Shown here piece by piece: positions 10,101 to 17,290 of a DNA stretch of 40,162 nt. The translations under genes and the position numbers were made by a program. Origin of the DNA: a virus. Position 1 is the stretch's first letter. Each line of letters starts with the position of its first letter. The notes below the pieces were generated by a model, which saw only the letters and a list, made by a program, of their open reading frames with translations, did no database searches and had not been told where the DNA came from. The stretch lies in IMG/VR virus record IMGVR_UViG_3300020165_000003. One strand, 5' to 3'.

Positions 10101-11180
10101 ACTACCCGCCACATCAAGTACAGATCTAGAAAGCTCTCTTAGTTCTGTGTTCGATACACCAGTGACCGCTTGTAACTGCGCTAACTGAGCTTCATACTCT
10201 ACAGATGCTTTAAAAGATTCCGTTATGGCTTTTTGTAAACCCTGGAAGATTTTTCGCAATGCGGCAACCGCTGATCCTACACCTGTTAGTGAACCAAGTG
10301 CTTTACCAATTCCTTGCCCCCTTAACCCACTAAGAAAACCACCACGGAAACTAGCTTCTCTTCTTTTACCTTGTGCCTCAGAGATACGGCCCTGAAGTTT
10401 TTCAAACTCAGCAGAACCTTCTTTGTATTTTTTCTTTACTTCTTGAAGATACTTTATTTCAGCATCTAATCTTTTCTTAGCAGAACCTTTCCCTGATCGT
10501 ATTGCCTTTAAGTCCGCCTCTATCTTTGCCTTTGAAGCTCTTTTTGATTCTGCCTCCTCTTGTTTCTGAGCATCAGTAATTCGCTTAAACTTAGCGATTT
10601 CTCTTTTCTCAATCTCATCTGCATTGAGTTTTGCTATCTGAGCTTTCTTCTTTTCAGCTTCCTCATAAGCTAATCGAACCTTTTCGTTTAAGGCTTGCTC
10701 TCTTTTGTATCTAGCGATTACAACATCCTCTAGACTAAGCTCTCTTTGTTTTTTCTGATTAGCAGCATCTTGCTCCTTTAGCGCAGTTTCATTAGAAGCT
10801 TTTTGCGCTCTCTTGGAGTTGTCTATTTGCTCCTTTGTCAAAGACTTTATTGCACCTACAGTACCATCTATGTTTGTCTGTAGTTTCCCTTGAAGATTAG
10901 TGTATACCTTTAACTGCTCGGCATTATCCTTGAACTTTATCTTTTGCTGTTCAAGCTCTGTAGTCAAGCCTTTTTGAGCTTGTAGCAACTGACCTATCTT
11001 TTGGCTTAGAGCCTCGAATATAAGACCACTTCCTATACCTTGTTGTCTGAGGTCATTTATAACAACCTTCAAAGACTGAAGTGCAGATTGTAATGCACCG
11101 ACTTTTGCCTGAATTGCTCCTTGTCCGCTTGCTGATCCAGCTCCCCCTCCAGAGCTTCCGCCCATTCCTAACTCTGCCAT
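7110..11180 (-). CDS. Tail tape measure protein (TP901-family core), 1356 aa
   Basis: Core LDVAGSTTFTSEEIVKLQTELGKLGF..SDILVSTINSSALSFEGFGTAIQYVGPLAAQVG..ADNGFTASRIGTGLRGIF matches the PhageMin_Tail-type pattern. Long coiled coils. Gly/His-rich C-terminal module. Confidence 0.85.
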   Translation of the reverse strand: MAELGMGGSSGGGAGSASGQGAIQAKVGALQSALQSLKVVINDLRQQGIGSGLIFEALSQKIGQLLQAQKGLTTELEQQKIKFKDNAEQLKVYTNLQGKLQTNIDGTVGAIKSLTKEQIDNSKRAQKASNETALKEQDAANQKKQRELSLEDVVIARYKREQALNEKVRLAYEEAEKKKAQIAKLNADEIEKREIAKFKRITDAQKQEEAESKRASKAKIEADLKAIRSGKGSAKKRLDAEIKYLQEVKKKYKEGSAEFEKLQGRISEAQGKRREASFRGGFLSGLRGQGIGKALGSLTGVGSAVAALRKIFQGLQKAITESFKASVEYEAQLAQLQAVTGVSNTELRELSRSVLDVAGSTTFTSEEIVKLQTELGKLGFSTQEIVNATEGVARTAQALGEGVAPVAQKIGQILKQYNLTANETEKISDILVSTINSSALSFEGFGTAIQYVGPLAAQVGTDFETVSSAMAVLADNGFTASRIGTGLRGIFTELSVSGRDLESAIKQLADRNISFAQAIELVGKRNAGQLISLIENVDALGDLEDKYYQVGAANIAAAQQIDTFKGNMQLLNSALNRVGISIGNFIKDSDLVKAALRIIDEEGYQTTLAMETLSNANSEVFGESLTKQARDFLGQLEINRKEINRYLTLSAYIEDGKDLAIVSRRAIVDGIVNPLAEEAVNIQNKIDSLGGSLATKKQRNELKDRLEEIREQVEFTFGSGPGGARTITVDYTKTLEGMGAAVDEVGGQIAELAKQILMDDARETIAGRFADDLERMRDLREDDLLTLEQAAALEFDARKKVFDVNELITEQEQAIADLKEEINSNIGWNGEEELAVEEAKLEALEQQKTNYQNIERTAKEMFVFAQKEYELEFRTLQNQIASEKEAMKLRQSEVKLRIETIQNQIEGEKNEEKKKQLIKDQVELQKSLLVIQNNSRETIDGYIEETRAGLLDQRKLWDDLGFDLRLLDKALERLKQFELVTQKLKIDFPELETAARGLAKSFGEQFGEQLKNGIALTPAQEQEVKDSLSSLFEKFGISEEDLSSSQRKLLEDYILSTLDVDPSKVKEKTDQLLNLLLSELTDAAKAYNATALENTQNRLNQELDAIRSRYKTEEQILKSQLDNQLITESQFRTKKEELRKKQLQEENEIQKKIFDAQKKNDLINIGIETAEAVASNLLKNFATAPTPKAAVQTAIGNAIIIAGGAAKADAVRRRKFFPATFEEGGIVNGPSHSEGGVPFTVQGQGGYEMEGGEFIVNKKAAAFHRSLLERINGSVKPNTSVAQHSFAMGGLIDTAKAANIPMADSEKESVNYLKAIANATLSTASDMKKPVRAFVSSKDLTTDETSRRLRERNDRI

Positions 11181-11181
11181 A

Positions 11182-11814
11182 TTATATTCTACTAGCTATT
11201 TCTATATCTAAATCAAACAATAAGTTAACGCCAATAACCTCAAACCAATTTGTAATTGCCACGTTAAAAACTTTTGACAATTCTTTTTCTAGTTCAAAGG
11301 AGTATGGGTATCTTGTTCTTAATCTATTATTTTGTATAATGTCTTGCTGTATATTGTAGGCAATCATGTTTCTAGCAGAACTATTGTTACCATTGTAAAC
11401 ATAGGTATATTCCTTACCAGTATTTTTAGCCTTTACTTTTACTTTTACTTCAGCATCATAAAAAATTCCCTTCCTGTCCATCCAGGCTCTGATTACCCCC
11501 CTGTCTGGAAGCATCTGTCCCTGTGCAAGTAGAGGTGATCCTAAATCTGAATCTAGTTTCTGACCGTATTTACCCCATGGCGGGGCAACAGTTATTGAAA
11601 CATTGCTTATTATCCCCGTTTGTTTGTCTACATTAGACTGAACTCTCACGGATGACAAGTATTTACTAGAGGATATACTTCTAAGAAGATTTCCAGTAAC
11701 ACTCTGGTTGTTACCCTTTATCTTACTTTTAAGCACTGACCGTATGCCGTAAGCTTTTAAAGCTCTAACAACGGCAGCCCGAAGCTGACCTCTTTGCGCT
11801 TGTGCAGAAATCAT
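11182..11814 (-). CDS. Virion protein, possibly HK97 gp10-like head-tail/tail-completion, 210 aa
   Basis: VTGNLLRSISS motif resembles gp10-family TGxLRxSI. Immediately upstream of the tape measure. Confidence 0.3.
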   Translation of the reverse strand: MISAQAQRGQLRAAVVRALKAYGIRSVLKSKIKGNNQSVTGNLLRSISSSKYLSSVRVQSNVDKQTGIISNVSITVAPPWGKYGQKLDSDLGSPLLAQGQMLPDRGVIRAWMDRKGIFYDAEVKVKVKAKNTGKEYTYVYNGNNSSARNMIAYNIQQDIIQNNRLRTRYPYSFELEKELSKVFNVAITNWFEVIGVNLLFDLDIEIASRI

Positions 11815-12251
11815 TGATTATCAATTCCTACGTTATAGTTTTTTCTAGAAAACGAAACAGTCAGGTTAAAAAACGCTGTCGTTATGTTTTCGTCATCTTC
11901 CATCACTCTAGTTATATCAACCTCATCAATATAGCAGTTCTCATCAACTTGTATTAAGTAGTCTTGAAACTGACCGACAACAAATATATTCTCTTCAATA
12001 GAGGTTATTGCTGCAAGTGTATCATCAGTCGGGCATCTGTCTATCAAAGCACAATCAAAAGACAAGGTGTATATAGGTCTACTTAAATCTCTTGATATAT
12101 TGGAGCTACTAGGTATTAAAACAAGGGTTCTGTAATCGAATACAATGCTCTCCAAATCTTGCTCCGAGCCGAGCATCAAAAATTGATTAATCATATTATG
12201 ATCATCAGCAAACTGCTCTACGGTTTTATAAAAGCTTACTAGATTATTCAT
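11811..12251 (-). CDS. Hypothetical virion/assembly protein, 146 aa
   Basis: ORF with ATGA overlap to the downstream gene. Late motif 12 nt upstream. Confidence 0.4.
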   Translation of the reverse strand: MNNLVSFYKTVEQFADDHNMINQFLMLGSEQDLESIVFDYRTLVLIPSSSNISRDLSRPIYTLSFDCALIDRCPTDDTLAAITSIEENIFVVGQFQDYLIQVDENCYIDEVDITRVMEDDENITTAFFNLTVSFSRKNYNVGIDNQ

Positions 12252-12263
12252 GTATTCATTTCT

Positions 12264-12275
12264 TTAATTTACAAT
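12264..12275 (-). promoter_or_regulatory. Late-motif copy ATTGTAAATTAA (exact), 12 nt upstream of ATG 12251
   Basis: Revcomp of ttaatttacaat. Encodes ..IVN-stop of the upstream gene. Confidence 0.5.
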
Positions 12276-12986
12276 TTTACTCAAGGCTGCTTCTTGTCTT
12301 TGTTGAGCAGACTCTACCTTGTTCTTTTGAGCGAGATAACTCATCTCAGGTAAAACCTCAGCCATACCCAACATATATATTTCTGAATATCGAGTTATAT
12401 CTTCGTGTGCTAACAGCCTGACTATAGAGTACCAATACCATTGAGAATGGAACTGAGCACCAGCCTCTCCAGTGTCCTCGACCTTTTCTTCTACCTCTTC
12501 GGTTTCCTCATTCACTTCGTAGAAAACACCTTTAAATTTTTTAAACAACATCTCTTCTCTGTCACCTAGGTATCTTTGCAACACATTATACAGGTCTTGA
12601 ACAGGTGAGTTTAATAGTTTTTCACGGTGTTGTTGTTCTTCAATAGGGTTTACGTTGTCGAACTCGGTGTGGTGCTTTGGACGAAGCACTAATTCTAGTA
12701 TAGCCAGCTCCATTTCCTCATCAGATTTGAATTTAGACTTTCCCGTAAGTATTTGCTCTAGCATTATGAACTGACCTAAGACCAAATCCATTACCCCTTT
12801 GTTGACCTTAAAATTCTCCTTTATGTAAGGCGTTATACTCTTGCTTTCTTTTATAGGATAAGTCGATTGCATCCTTTCAATCAAATCAAGCTTGTCTAAG
12901 GAGCTAACATTTTCAATTGATACCTTACCATCATCGTCAATAGATATTCCATTACAGACGCTTATATGCTCTTTAAACGTTATCAT
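12264..12986 (-). CDS. Hypothetical protein, 240 aa (start moved to ATG 12986)
   Basis: ATGA overlap with the terL stop at 12983-12986. The ORF-track start at 13028 would overlap terL by 46 nt. Confidence 0.45.
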   Translation of the reverse strand: MITFKEHISVCNGISIDDDGKVSIENVSSLDKLDLIERMQSTYPIKESKSITPYIKENFKVNKGVMDLVLGQFIMLEQILTGKSKFKSDEEMELAILELVLRPKHHTEFDNVNPIEEQQHREKLLNSPVQDLYNVLQRYLGDREEMLFKKFKGVFYEVNEETEEVEEKVEDTGEAGAQFHSQWYWYSIVRLLAHEDITRYSEIYMLGMAEVLPEMSYLAQKNKVESAQQRQEAALSKIVN

Positions 12987-14230
12987 AGGAACATTGTTAC
13001 ACCCCCGTCTTGTTCTTCTCTTGCACAATAAGCTGCAATCGCTAGGCTCATCACCATATCATCATGCTTGCCCTCTGTGTTTGAAAACTGAAGGTTACCG
13101 GTTATTGGATTTCGCTTAGACTTAAAGTCGTAAAGCTCTTTTGTTAGCTCATCGTTAATTGGGATTGTAATCTCCCTATCCTCAAAAAGCTTGACCAAGT
13201 TCTTAACCATCTCTGGTTTGCTCTTGGTTGTGGTTAGGAAAGGTATCATCTTGTAGAGTCTATCGTCATCTGTGATGTCATCAAACAGCAAGTCATTGTT
13301 ATTAACCTCGAAGTACGCAGCGGCTAACTTCTCATCGTGCTTCAAGTAGAATCCCTTTATCCTGTCCTTGAACTCATCGCTATCCATGTTCTCCTCTTTG
13401 TAATTGAATCGGTCTATATCTATCACATCGTAGTTCTCCGTGATTGCCGTGAGTACAGTGTAATCCTGAGCCACACCGATATCCATTCCTATGTACAGTC
13501 TCTCGTACTCCTTCTCCGTTGTGGACACACACTCCTCGATGTTGCTGAAAAGAGTGCTCGAACTTACAGGCTTGCATAGAAACTCCTGGTCGAACTGTGA
13601 TCGTGTCATCGACTTCTTGATACCGAGTACAGTTTTAGAAACCTTGCTGTCTTTTAAGTCTAGGTAAGTCCGCTTAATGCTTCTTACTTGTTCCCAGTTG
13701 GCTTCTACCTGTCCATCCTTGTACCATTCGTAAAACCAATTTGGGCCGTTGAATGTCGAGGCCGCACATACATTTCCGTTGGTACGGGTTACCATAGGTA
13801 ATAGTACCTCGTTTATAAAATCCAACTTCATGTATGCTGCTTCATCCAAGTAGATGAAGTCTAGTGTTGCACCACGCAAGTTATCACCACTGTCAGCAGA
13901 CCTAAACTTAATAAAGCTGCCATTGTAAAAATAAAGTTCGTTTGCCTTTCTGTCATAACGCTTGACTATTTGATTCCACAACTCCTGGTGGTTACTGAAC
14001 ATCGCTTCAATGTCCTTCATCACTTTGTTTGCTTGATCTTGTATTGGGCTTACCCAGAACATTCGGTGTTTAGGGTTGTTTAATGCCCTCATCACACAAT
14101 CGTTCTGCATGAAGAAAGTCTTACCCGTCTGCCTTCCCGCAACGATACAGCTTATGAAAGGCTGGTGATCGTGTACGAGCTGATTAAAATCCTTTTGCGG
14201 CTCAGTAGGTTTGTATAATTTAATCTGCAT
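12983..14230 (-). CDS. terL: Terminase large subunit
   Basis: Walker A VAGRQTGKT, Walker B-like IYLDEAAYM, nuclease-half motifs GMDIGVAQDYTVL and GKHDDMVMSLAIA. Confidence 0.9.
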   Translation of the reverse strand: MQIKLYKPTEPQKDFNQLVHDHQPFISCIVAGRQTGKTFFMQNDCVMRALNNPKHRMFWVSPIQDQANKVMKDIEAMFSNHQELWNQIVKRYDRKANELYFYNGSFIKFRSADSGDNLRGATLDFIYLDEAAYMKLDFINEVLLPMVTRTNGNVCAASTFNGPNWFYEWYKDGQVEANWEQVRSIKRTYLDLKDSKVSKTVLGIKKSMTRSQFDQEFLCKPVSSSTLFSNIEECVSTTEKEYERLYIGMDIGVAQDYTVLTAITENYDVIDIDRFNYKEENMDSDEFKDRIKGFYLKHDEKLAAAYFEVNNNDLLFDDITDDDRLYKMIPFLTTTKSKPEMVKNLVKLFEDREITIPINDELTKELYDFKSKRNPITGNLQFSNTEGKHDDMVMSLAIAAYCAREEQDGGVTMFL

Positions 14231-14672
14231 CTATATCCAAAAAGTCTTGTTGGTCGGTAGGCTCTGTTAAATCTATTGTGGCAGTGATATCAATCTTTGT
14301 CTGCTCGACCTTAGTCGGAGCCTTATACCCTTGCATATCGTTTATAATCCTAATCGAATCCATAGCAGCCTTCATATCCCCTTCCGAAAGAGCCAAGTCT
14401 CTAATCTTAATCAGTGCTGCTAGGTTAGTTCCCTTCGCAGCCTCTATAGACTTCATCTCTGAGTTAGCCATAGCCATTAACTCCCTGTGAAATGCCGTGC
14501 CTTGATTCCTACGATCACGATAATAACTTGTGTAGTTTAAATCACGAGCTATCTTGGATGTTGCATCGAAGCCTTCCTCATGTACTCTTTTAAGGAACTC
14601 TTCCTGTAGGGTGGTTAGTGAGCTACCGCTACCCTTAACGACATCCCCTTTCTTGTTTCTCTTACTTGGCAT
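14220..14672 (-). CDS. terS: Terminase small subunit candidate, 150 aa (start at MPSKRNKKG)
   Basis: Immediately upstream of terL and overlapping it. Basic N-terminus with HTH-like segment, acidic C-terminus. The longer 14759 start would overlap the upstream ORF by about 100 nt. Confidence 0.5.
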   Translation of the reverse strand: MPSKRNKKGDVVKGSGSSLTTLQEEFLKRVHEEGFDATSKIARDLNYTSYYRDRRNQGTAFHRELMAMANSEMKSIEAAKGTNLAALIKIRDLALSEGDMKAAMDSIRIINDMQGYKAPTKVEQTKIDITATIDLTEPTDQQDFLDIDAD

Positions 14673-14952
14673 ACTTCTTCTGTGTGTAGATAGGCATATT
14701 GTAAATCCCCATCTTGTTAGTGAACACGATACTGTCATAGGTCGGGGCAGACTCATCAAAGTGATACCACTTCCATAAGTTAACCTTTACCCTCTGGATA
14801 CAACTTCCGCAAAAGGTCTTAGGGTTTTCCACGCTCCTAACATACCTACTCTTTCCGTACAGAGAATTGTGTAGCTTAAACATCTTATCCTTCATCTCAC
14901 CCTTGGGTAATTTATTAACGGTTAAGTAAACAAACAAGTCCTCGTAGTCCAT
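14662..14952 (-). CDS. Hypothetical protein, first gene of the minus-strand arm, 96 aa
   Basis: ORF with CGSC motif. No recognised family. Confidence 0.4.
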   Translation of the reverse strand: MDYEDLFVYLTVNKLPKGEMKDKMFKLHNSLYGKSRYVRSVENPKTFCGSCIQRVKVNLWKWYHFDESAPTYDSIVFTNKMGIYNMPIYTQKKYAK

Positions 14953-15020
14953 AGCAATCTGTGTTTAAATCAATGTACAAGATAATGAATTTTTCCATTC
15001 ATCACACTAAACAACCCCTT

Positions 15021-15110
15021 TATTATAATAAACTAGTATTATACTTTTACTTCCATAGTAAAAGTATTATAATAATAGTATTACTTTACTCTTCTACTAT
15101 TATTATAATA
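15021..15110. promoter_or_regulatory. Three copies of the perfect 10-bp palindrome TATTATAATA (15021-30, 15065-74, 15101-10); operator or bidirectional -10-like cluster
   Basis: Read directly. Each copy is self-complementary, contains TATAAT on both strands and is followed by a (TA)GTAT(T)A extension. Lies in the 408-bp divergent intergenic region. Confidence 0.55.
15041..15067. repeat. Inverted repeat ATACTTTTAC-N7-GTAAAAGTAT between palindrome copies 1 and 2
   Basis: 10-bp perfect arms (15041-50 / 15058-67), loop TTCCATA. Confidence 0.8.
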
Positions 15111-15360
15111 GTATAAGGAGATGACTCTTCCCCCAAGTGGAGAATTTTCCAAGTCCAGCATTCAAAATCCCCCGCCCCCTCCGAGCAACTAGCGTAATAA
15201 AATCCTGGCAGATTTTCGGTCAGTCGCTTTAAAAATTTTTGGGGAAGTATTTGCAGAAAAAAATTTCGATATTTTGCGAATTCTTTTTAGGTATTTGTTT
15301 GGTAGTTCGTAGAATATTTGTATATTGAGGTATTAATAACAACAACAAAACAACGCTATT

Positions 15361-15567
15361 ATGAAAACACAGTTAGAAAGGAAAGCAGAATTAATTTACG
15401 AATTTCGCCAAGTTACACAGCAACAAAATTCGAGGATTATCGATGTTCAAGCCAAGTTAATAGAGGGCGAATACAAAAGCGAGGTTTTCGACATGTTACA
15501 AAATATTATCTCAGATAATTTCAAATTATGGGATGAGCTTTTTGAATTAGAAAACAAAATCAGATAA
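15361..15567 (+). CDS. Early hypothetical protein, 68 aa
   Basis: First plus-strand ORF, A-rich leader, followed by its own terminator. Confidence 0.55.
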   Translation: MKTQLERKAELIYEFRQVTQQQNSRIIDVQAKLIEGEYKSEVFDMLQNIISDNFKLWDELFELENKIR

Positions 15568-15579
15568 AATCACGGCTTT

Positions 15580-15610
15580 GGGGGGTTGCCGTTTTAACCC
15601 CCCGTTTTTT
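15580..15610 (+). terminator. Intrinsic terminator
   Basis: GGGGGGTT (15580-87) / AACCCCCC (15596-603), then G + TTTTTT. Confidence 0.75.
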
Positions 15611-15632
15611 ATTATTTTATAATTTATTACAC

Positions 15633-15893
15633 ATGGAAAAGATTCAAATTTTAAATTCGAAAGGAAACAATGCAACAACCTTGCAAGTTTTCACTGCTGA
15701 AATTTACAAAGAAGTTATGCCTATTTTGCAGAAATTCGCTGAGGCTGAAAGCCTTGAAGTTGGGGGCGTAACTTTTGAAAAAGATGAGGCTACCATTAAA
15801 AGAGTGGACACAATTATGGCAAAGTTTGCTACCGATTGGCATTCGAAGGTGGGTAAAGCTAAAGTCAAAACAATAGTTGAATTTATCGACTAA
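15633..15893 (+). CDS. Early hypothetical protein, 86 aa
   Basis: ORF bounded by terminators on both sides. Confidence 0.55.
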   Translation: MEKIQILNSKGNNATTLQVFTAEIYKEVMPILQKFAEAESLEVGGVTFEKDEATIKRVDTIMAKFATDWHSKVGKAKVKTIVEFID

Positions 15894-15901
15894 TTCTATA
15901 T

Positions 15902-15932
15902 GGGGGGCGATCCATTCGCTCCCCTTTTTTTT
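15902..15932 (+). terminator. Intrinsic terminator
   Basis: GGGGGGCGA / TCGCTCCCC stem (one G-U pair), loop TCCAT, then T8. Confidence 0.75.
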
Positions 15933-15954
15933 ATTCATATAAAACCTGGATTTT

Positions 15955-16203
15955 ATGAAAATTATTTGCAACGATATCGATTTTATTACTGATGAAATAA
16001 TCATAATAAAAAAGAAGGTTTACCGCAATGGGCAGACCAAGAGAACACAAAAGAACAGAGCACCTTACGTTAAAAGAACCCAAGCAGAACTTGATAGAGA
16101 ACGTGAGGACAGACTTTATAGAAACAATTGGAAATTATCGAACATAGGTAGCAGTGCTAAAAGTCAAAGAGTGGCTGACCTTAATTTAAAATACGGATTA
16201 TGA
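15955..16203 (+). CDS. Basic hypothetical protein, 82 aa
   Basis: ORF with K/R-rich centre. Confidence 0.45.
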   Translation: MKIICNDIDFITDEIIIIKKKVYRNGQTKRTQKNRAPYVKRTQAELDREREDRLYRNNWKLSNIGSSAKSQRVADLNLKYGL

Positions 16204-16301
16204 TATCTTTAGAACTTATCGCCTTATTATTTATAGGCACATCATTTGGAATTATAGGAATAGTATTAACTGAATTAGACAAAAGAACTAATGGAAAATA
16301 A
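16200..16301 (+). CDS. Small single-pass membrane protein, 33 aa
   Basis: Hand-translated MISLELIALLFIGTSFGIIGIVLTELDKRTNGK. ATGA overlap with the upstream stop. Confidence 0.35.
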   Translation: MISLELIALLFIGTSFGIIGIVLTELDKRTNGK

Positions 16302-16464
16302 GAACAAGATTGATGCTCTTTACTTGGAGATAGATAGAGCATTTTTAGCTGGATTTTCATCTATAGCTATTTACAATATGTACTCAGAAAATGTGAAAGC
16401 ACAGCAGTATATAATCGAATGGCATTTCGATGAAGAACTTGAAATGGCTTTTGCCGATAATTAG
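16291..16464 (+). CDS. Hypothetical protein, 57 aa
   Basis: Hand-translated MENKNKIDALYLEIDRAF...EMAFADN. Overlaps the previous ORF by 11 nt. Confidence 0.35.
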   Translation: MENKNKIDALYLEIDRAFLAGFSSIAIYNMYSENVKAQQYIIEWHFDEELEMAFADN

Positions 16465-16465
16465 A

Positions 16466-16493
16466 AACCTTTAAAAACAAATATCGTGAAAAA
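16466..16493 (+). repeat. Junction-element variant AACCTTTAA-N11-GTG, containing the 23-nt repeat TTAAAAACAAATATCGTGAAAAA (16471-93)
   Basis: Shares AACCTTTAA with the 25.3-26.2 kb elements. The 23-mer recurs at 16898-16920 with one change (G to A in the start codon). Confidence 0.7.
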
Positions 16494-16641
16494 CAAAAAA
16501 GAAACTACGCTAAAAGTGTGTGACTTATTACACACAATAAGCCTTCTGCAAAAAGCAGTTACTGAAGGAAATGAAATCCTTGTGAAAGCTTGGATAGAAG
16601 AAGCAGAAGTTGATATTGATAAAATAAAAAATTCTTTATAA
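16486..16641 (+). CDS. Hypothetical protein, 51 aa, GTG start
   Basis: VKNKKETTLKVCDLLHTISLL...KIKNSL. Start supported only by the junction-element architecture. Confidence 0.3.
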   Translation: MKNKKETTLKVCDLLHTISLLQKAVTEGNEILVKAWIEEAEVDIDKIKNSL

Positions 16642-16643
16642 TT

Positions 16644-16901
16644 ATGGAAAGAAATACATTGATCAAAAACCTTGAAAAGAAAGGTATATCCGTAGTAGGT
16701 TATAGCGAAAATTTTAATGGTGTAGGAGGTGGTATTTGGATATCAGCAGAAGAACCCGAAAACGAATACTTCTTTAATTACTATGCAGAAAGTAGGGGTT
16801 ATGATTTAGGAGTAAGAACCACGCTAATTGAATTTCTTGGTAAGCGAGGTTGGTATGCTGAGTGGAACGATCCAGGCACAATTTTTATATGGACAGATTA
16901 A
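16644..16901 (+). CDS. Hypothetical protein, 85 aa
   Basis: ORF with GGGIW..GWYAEWNDPGT motifs. Family not recognised. Confidence 0.5.
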   Translation: MERNTLIKNLEKKGISVVGYSENFNGVGGGIWISAEEPENEYFFNYYAESRGYDLGVRTTLIEFLGKRGWYAEWNDPGTIFIWTD

Positions 16902-16920
16902 AAACAAATATCATGAAAAA
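16898..16920 (+). repeat. Second copy of the 23-nt repeat (TTAAAAACAAATATCATGAAAAA), opening a 10-codon mini-ORF
   Basis: ATG 16913 gives MKKGFHIIMK-stop. A terminator lies about 30 nt downstream. Confidence 0.7.
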
Positions 16921-16974
16921 AGGATTTCACATTATAATGAAATAATGAAAGTTTACTTACAAATAGTTTTAAAG

Positions 16975-17004
16975 AAACCCTTGAGATATCTTGAGGGTTT
17001 TTTT
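16975..17004 (+). terminator. Intrinsic terminator
   Basis: AAACCCTTGAG / CTTGAGGGTTT stem with two G-U pairs, 4-nt loop, then T-run to 17004. Confidence 0.65.
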
Positions 17005-17100
17005 ATGGCTACAATTAAAGTTGTATATGTCCGTAAATTTTCGTATATTCACTATGTTAATAAAGGGGTTGATAACCCTATAATCTAAATTATTTTTAAA

Positions 17101-17289
17101 ATGAAAACAGCAGAATTTAGCACAAAAGTGCAAATCACTCTGGAAATCATTGGTCGGATAGATGCCCGAACATATTCAGAAAAAGATTTATTAGATGATT
17201 GGATTTATTGTCAAGTTACTGACCATAATTCCGAATGGAAAAAGGTAGAAATACTTAAAGAAGAACTAACTGATTTTGATACAATTTAA
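17101..17289 (+). CDS. Hypothetical protein, 62 aa
   Basis: ORF with A-rich leader. Confidence 0.5.
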   Translation: MKTAEFSTKVQITLEIIGRIDARTYSEKDLLDDWIYCQVTDHNSEWKKVEILKEELTDFDTI

Positions 17290-17290
17290 T

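Noticed and set aside
11811-11814. Tail-assembly-chaperone style programmed frameshift upstream of the tape measure
   Set aside because: The junction between the 146-aa and 210-aa genes is a plain ATGA stop/start overlap. I saw no slippery heptamer or extended overlapping frame.
531-14778. Plus-strand ORFs inside the minus-strand late arm (531..740, 1198..1473, 1709..1972, 3024..3425, 4923..5120, 6982..7248, 7329..7697, 8707..8940, 11081..11359, 11332..11532, 12892..13119, 13337..13579, 14278..14490, 14554..14778)
   Set aside because: All lie antisense within longer ORFs that carry recognisable domains or tight translational coupling. Their translations are low-complexity S/L/F-rich shadows.
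15021-15110. Possible mini-CRISPR array or iteron array
   Set aside because: The repeats are only 10 bp, palindromic and irregularly spaced (44 and 36 bp). No cas genes and no CRISPR-length repeats or spacers are present.
15121-15192. 23-codon proline-rich mini-ORF preceded by AAGGAG
   Set aside because: The AGGAG abuts the ATG with no spacer. The rest of the genome lacks Shine-Dalgarno usage, and the ORF is too short to support.
16828-17088. 86-aa plus-strand ORF
   Set aside because: It overlaps the 3' end of 16644..16901 and reads straight through an intrinsic terminator hairpin (16975-17004). More likely non-coding.
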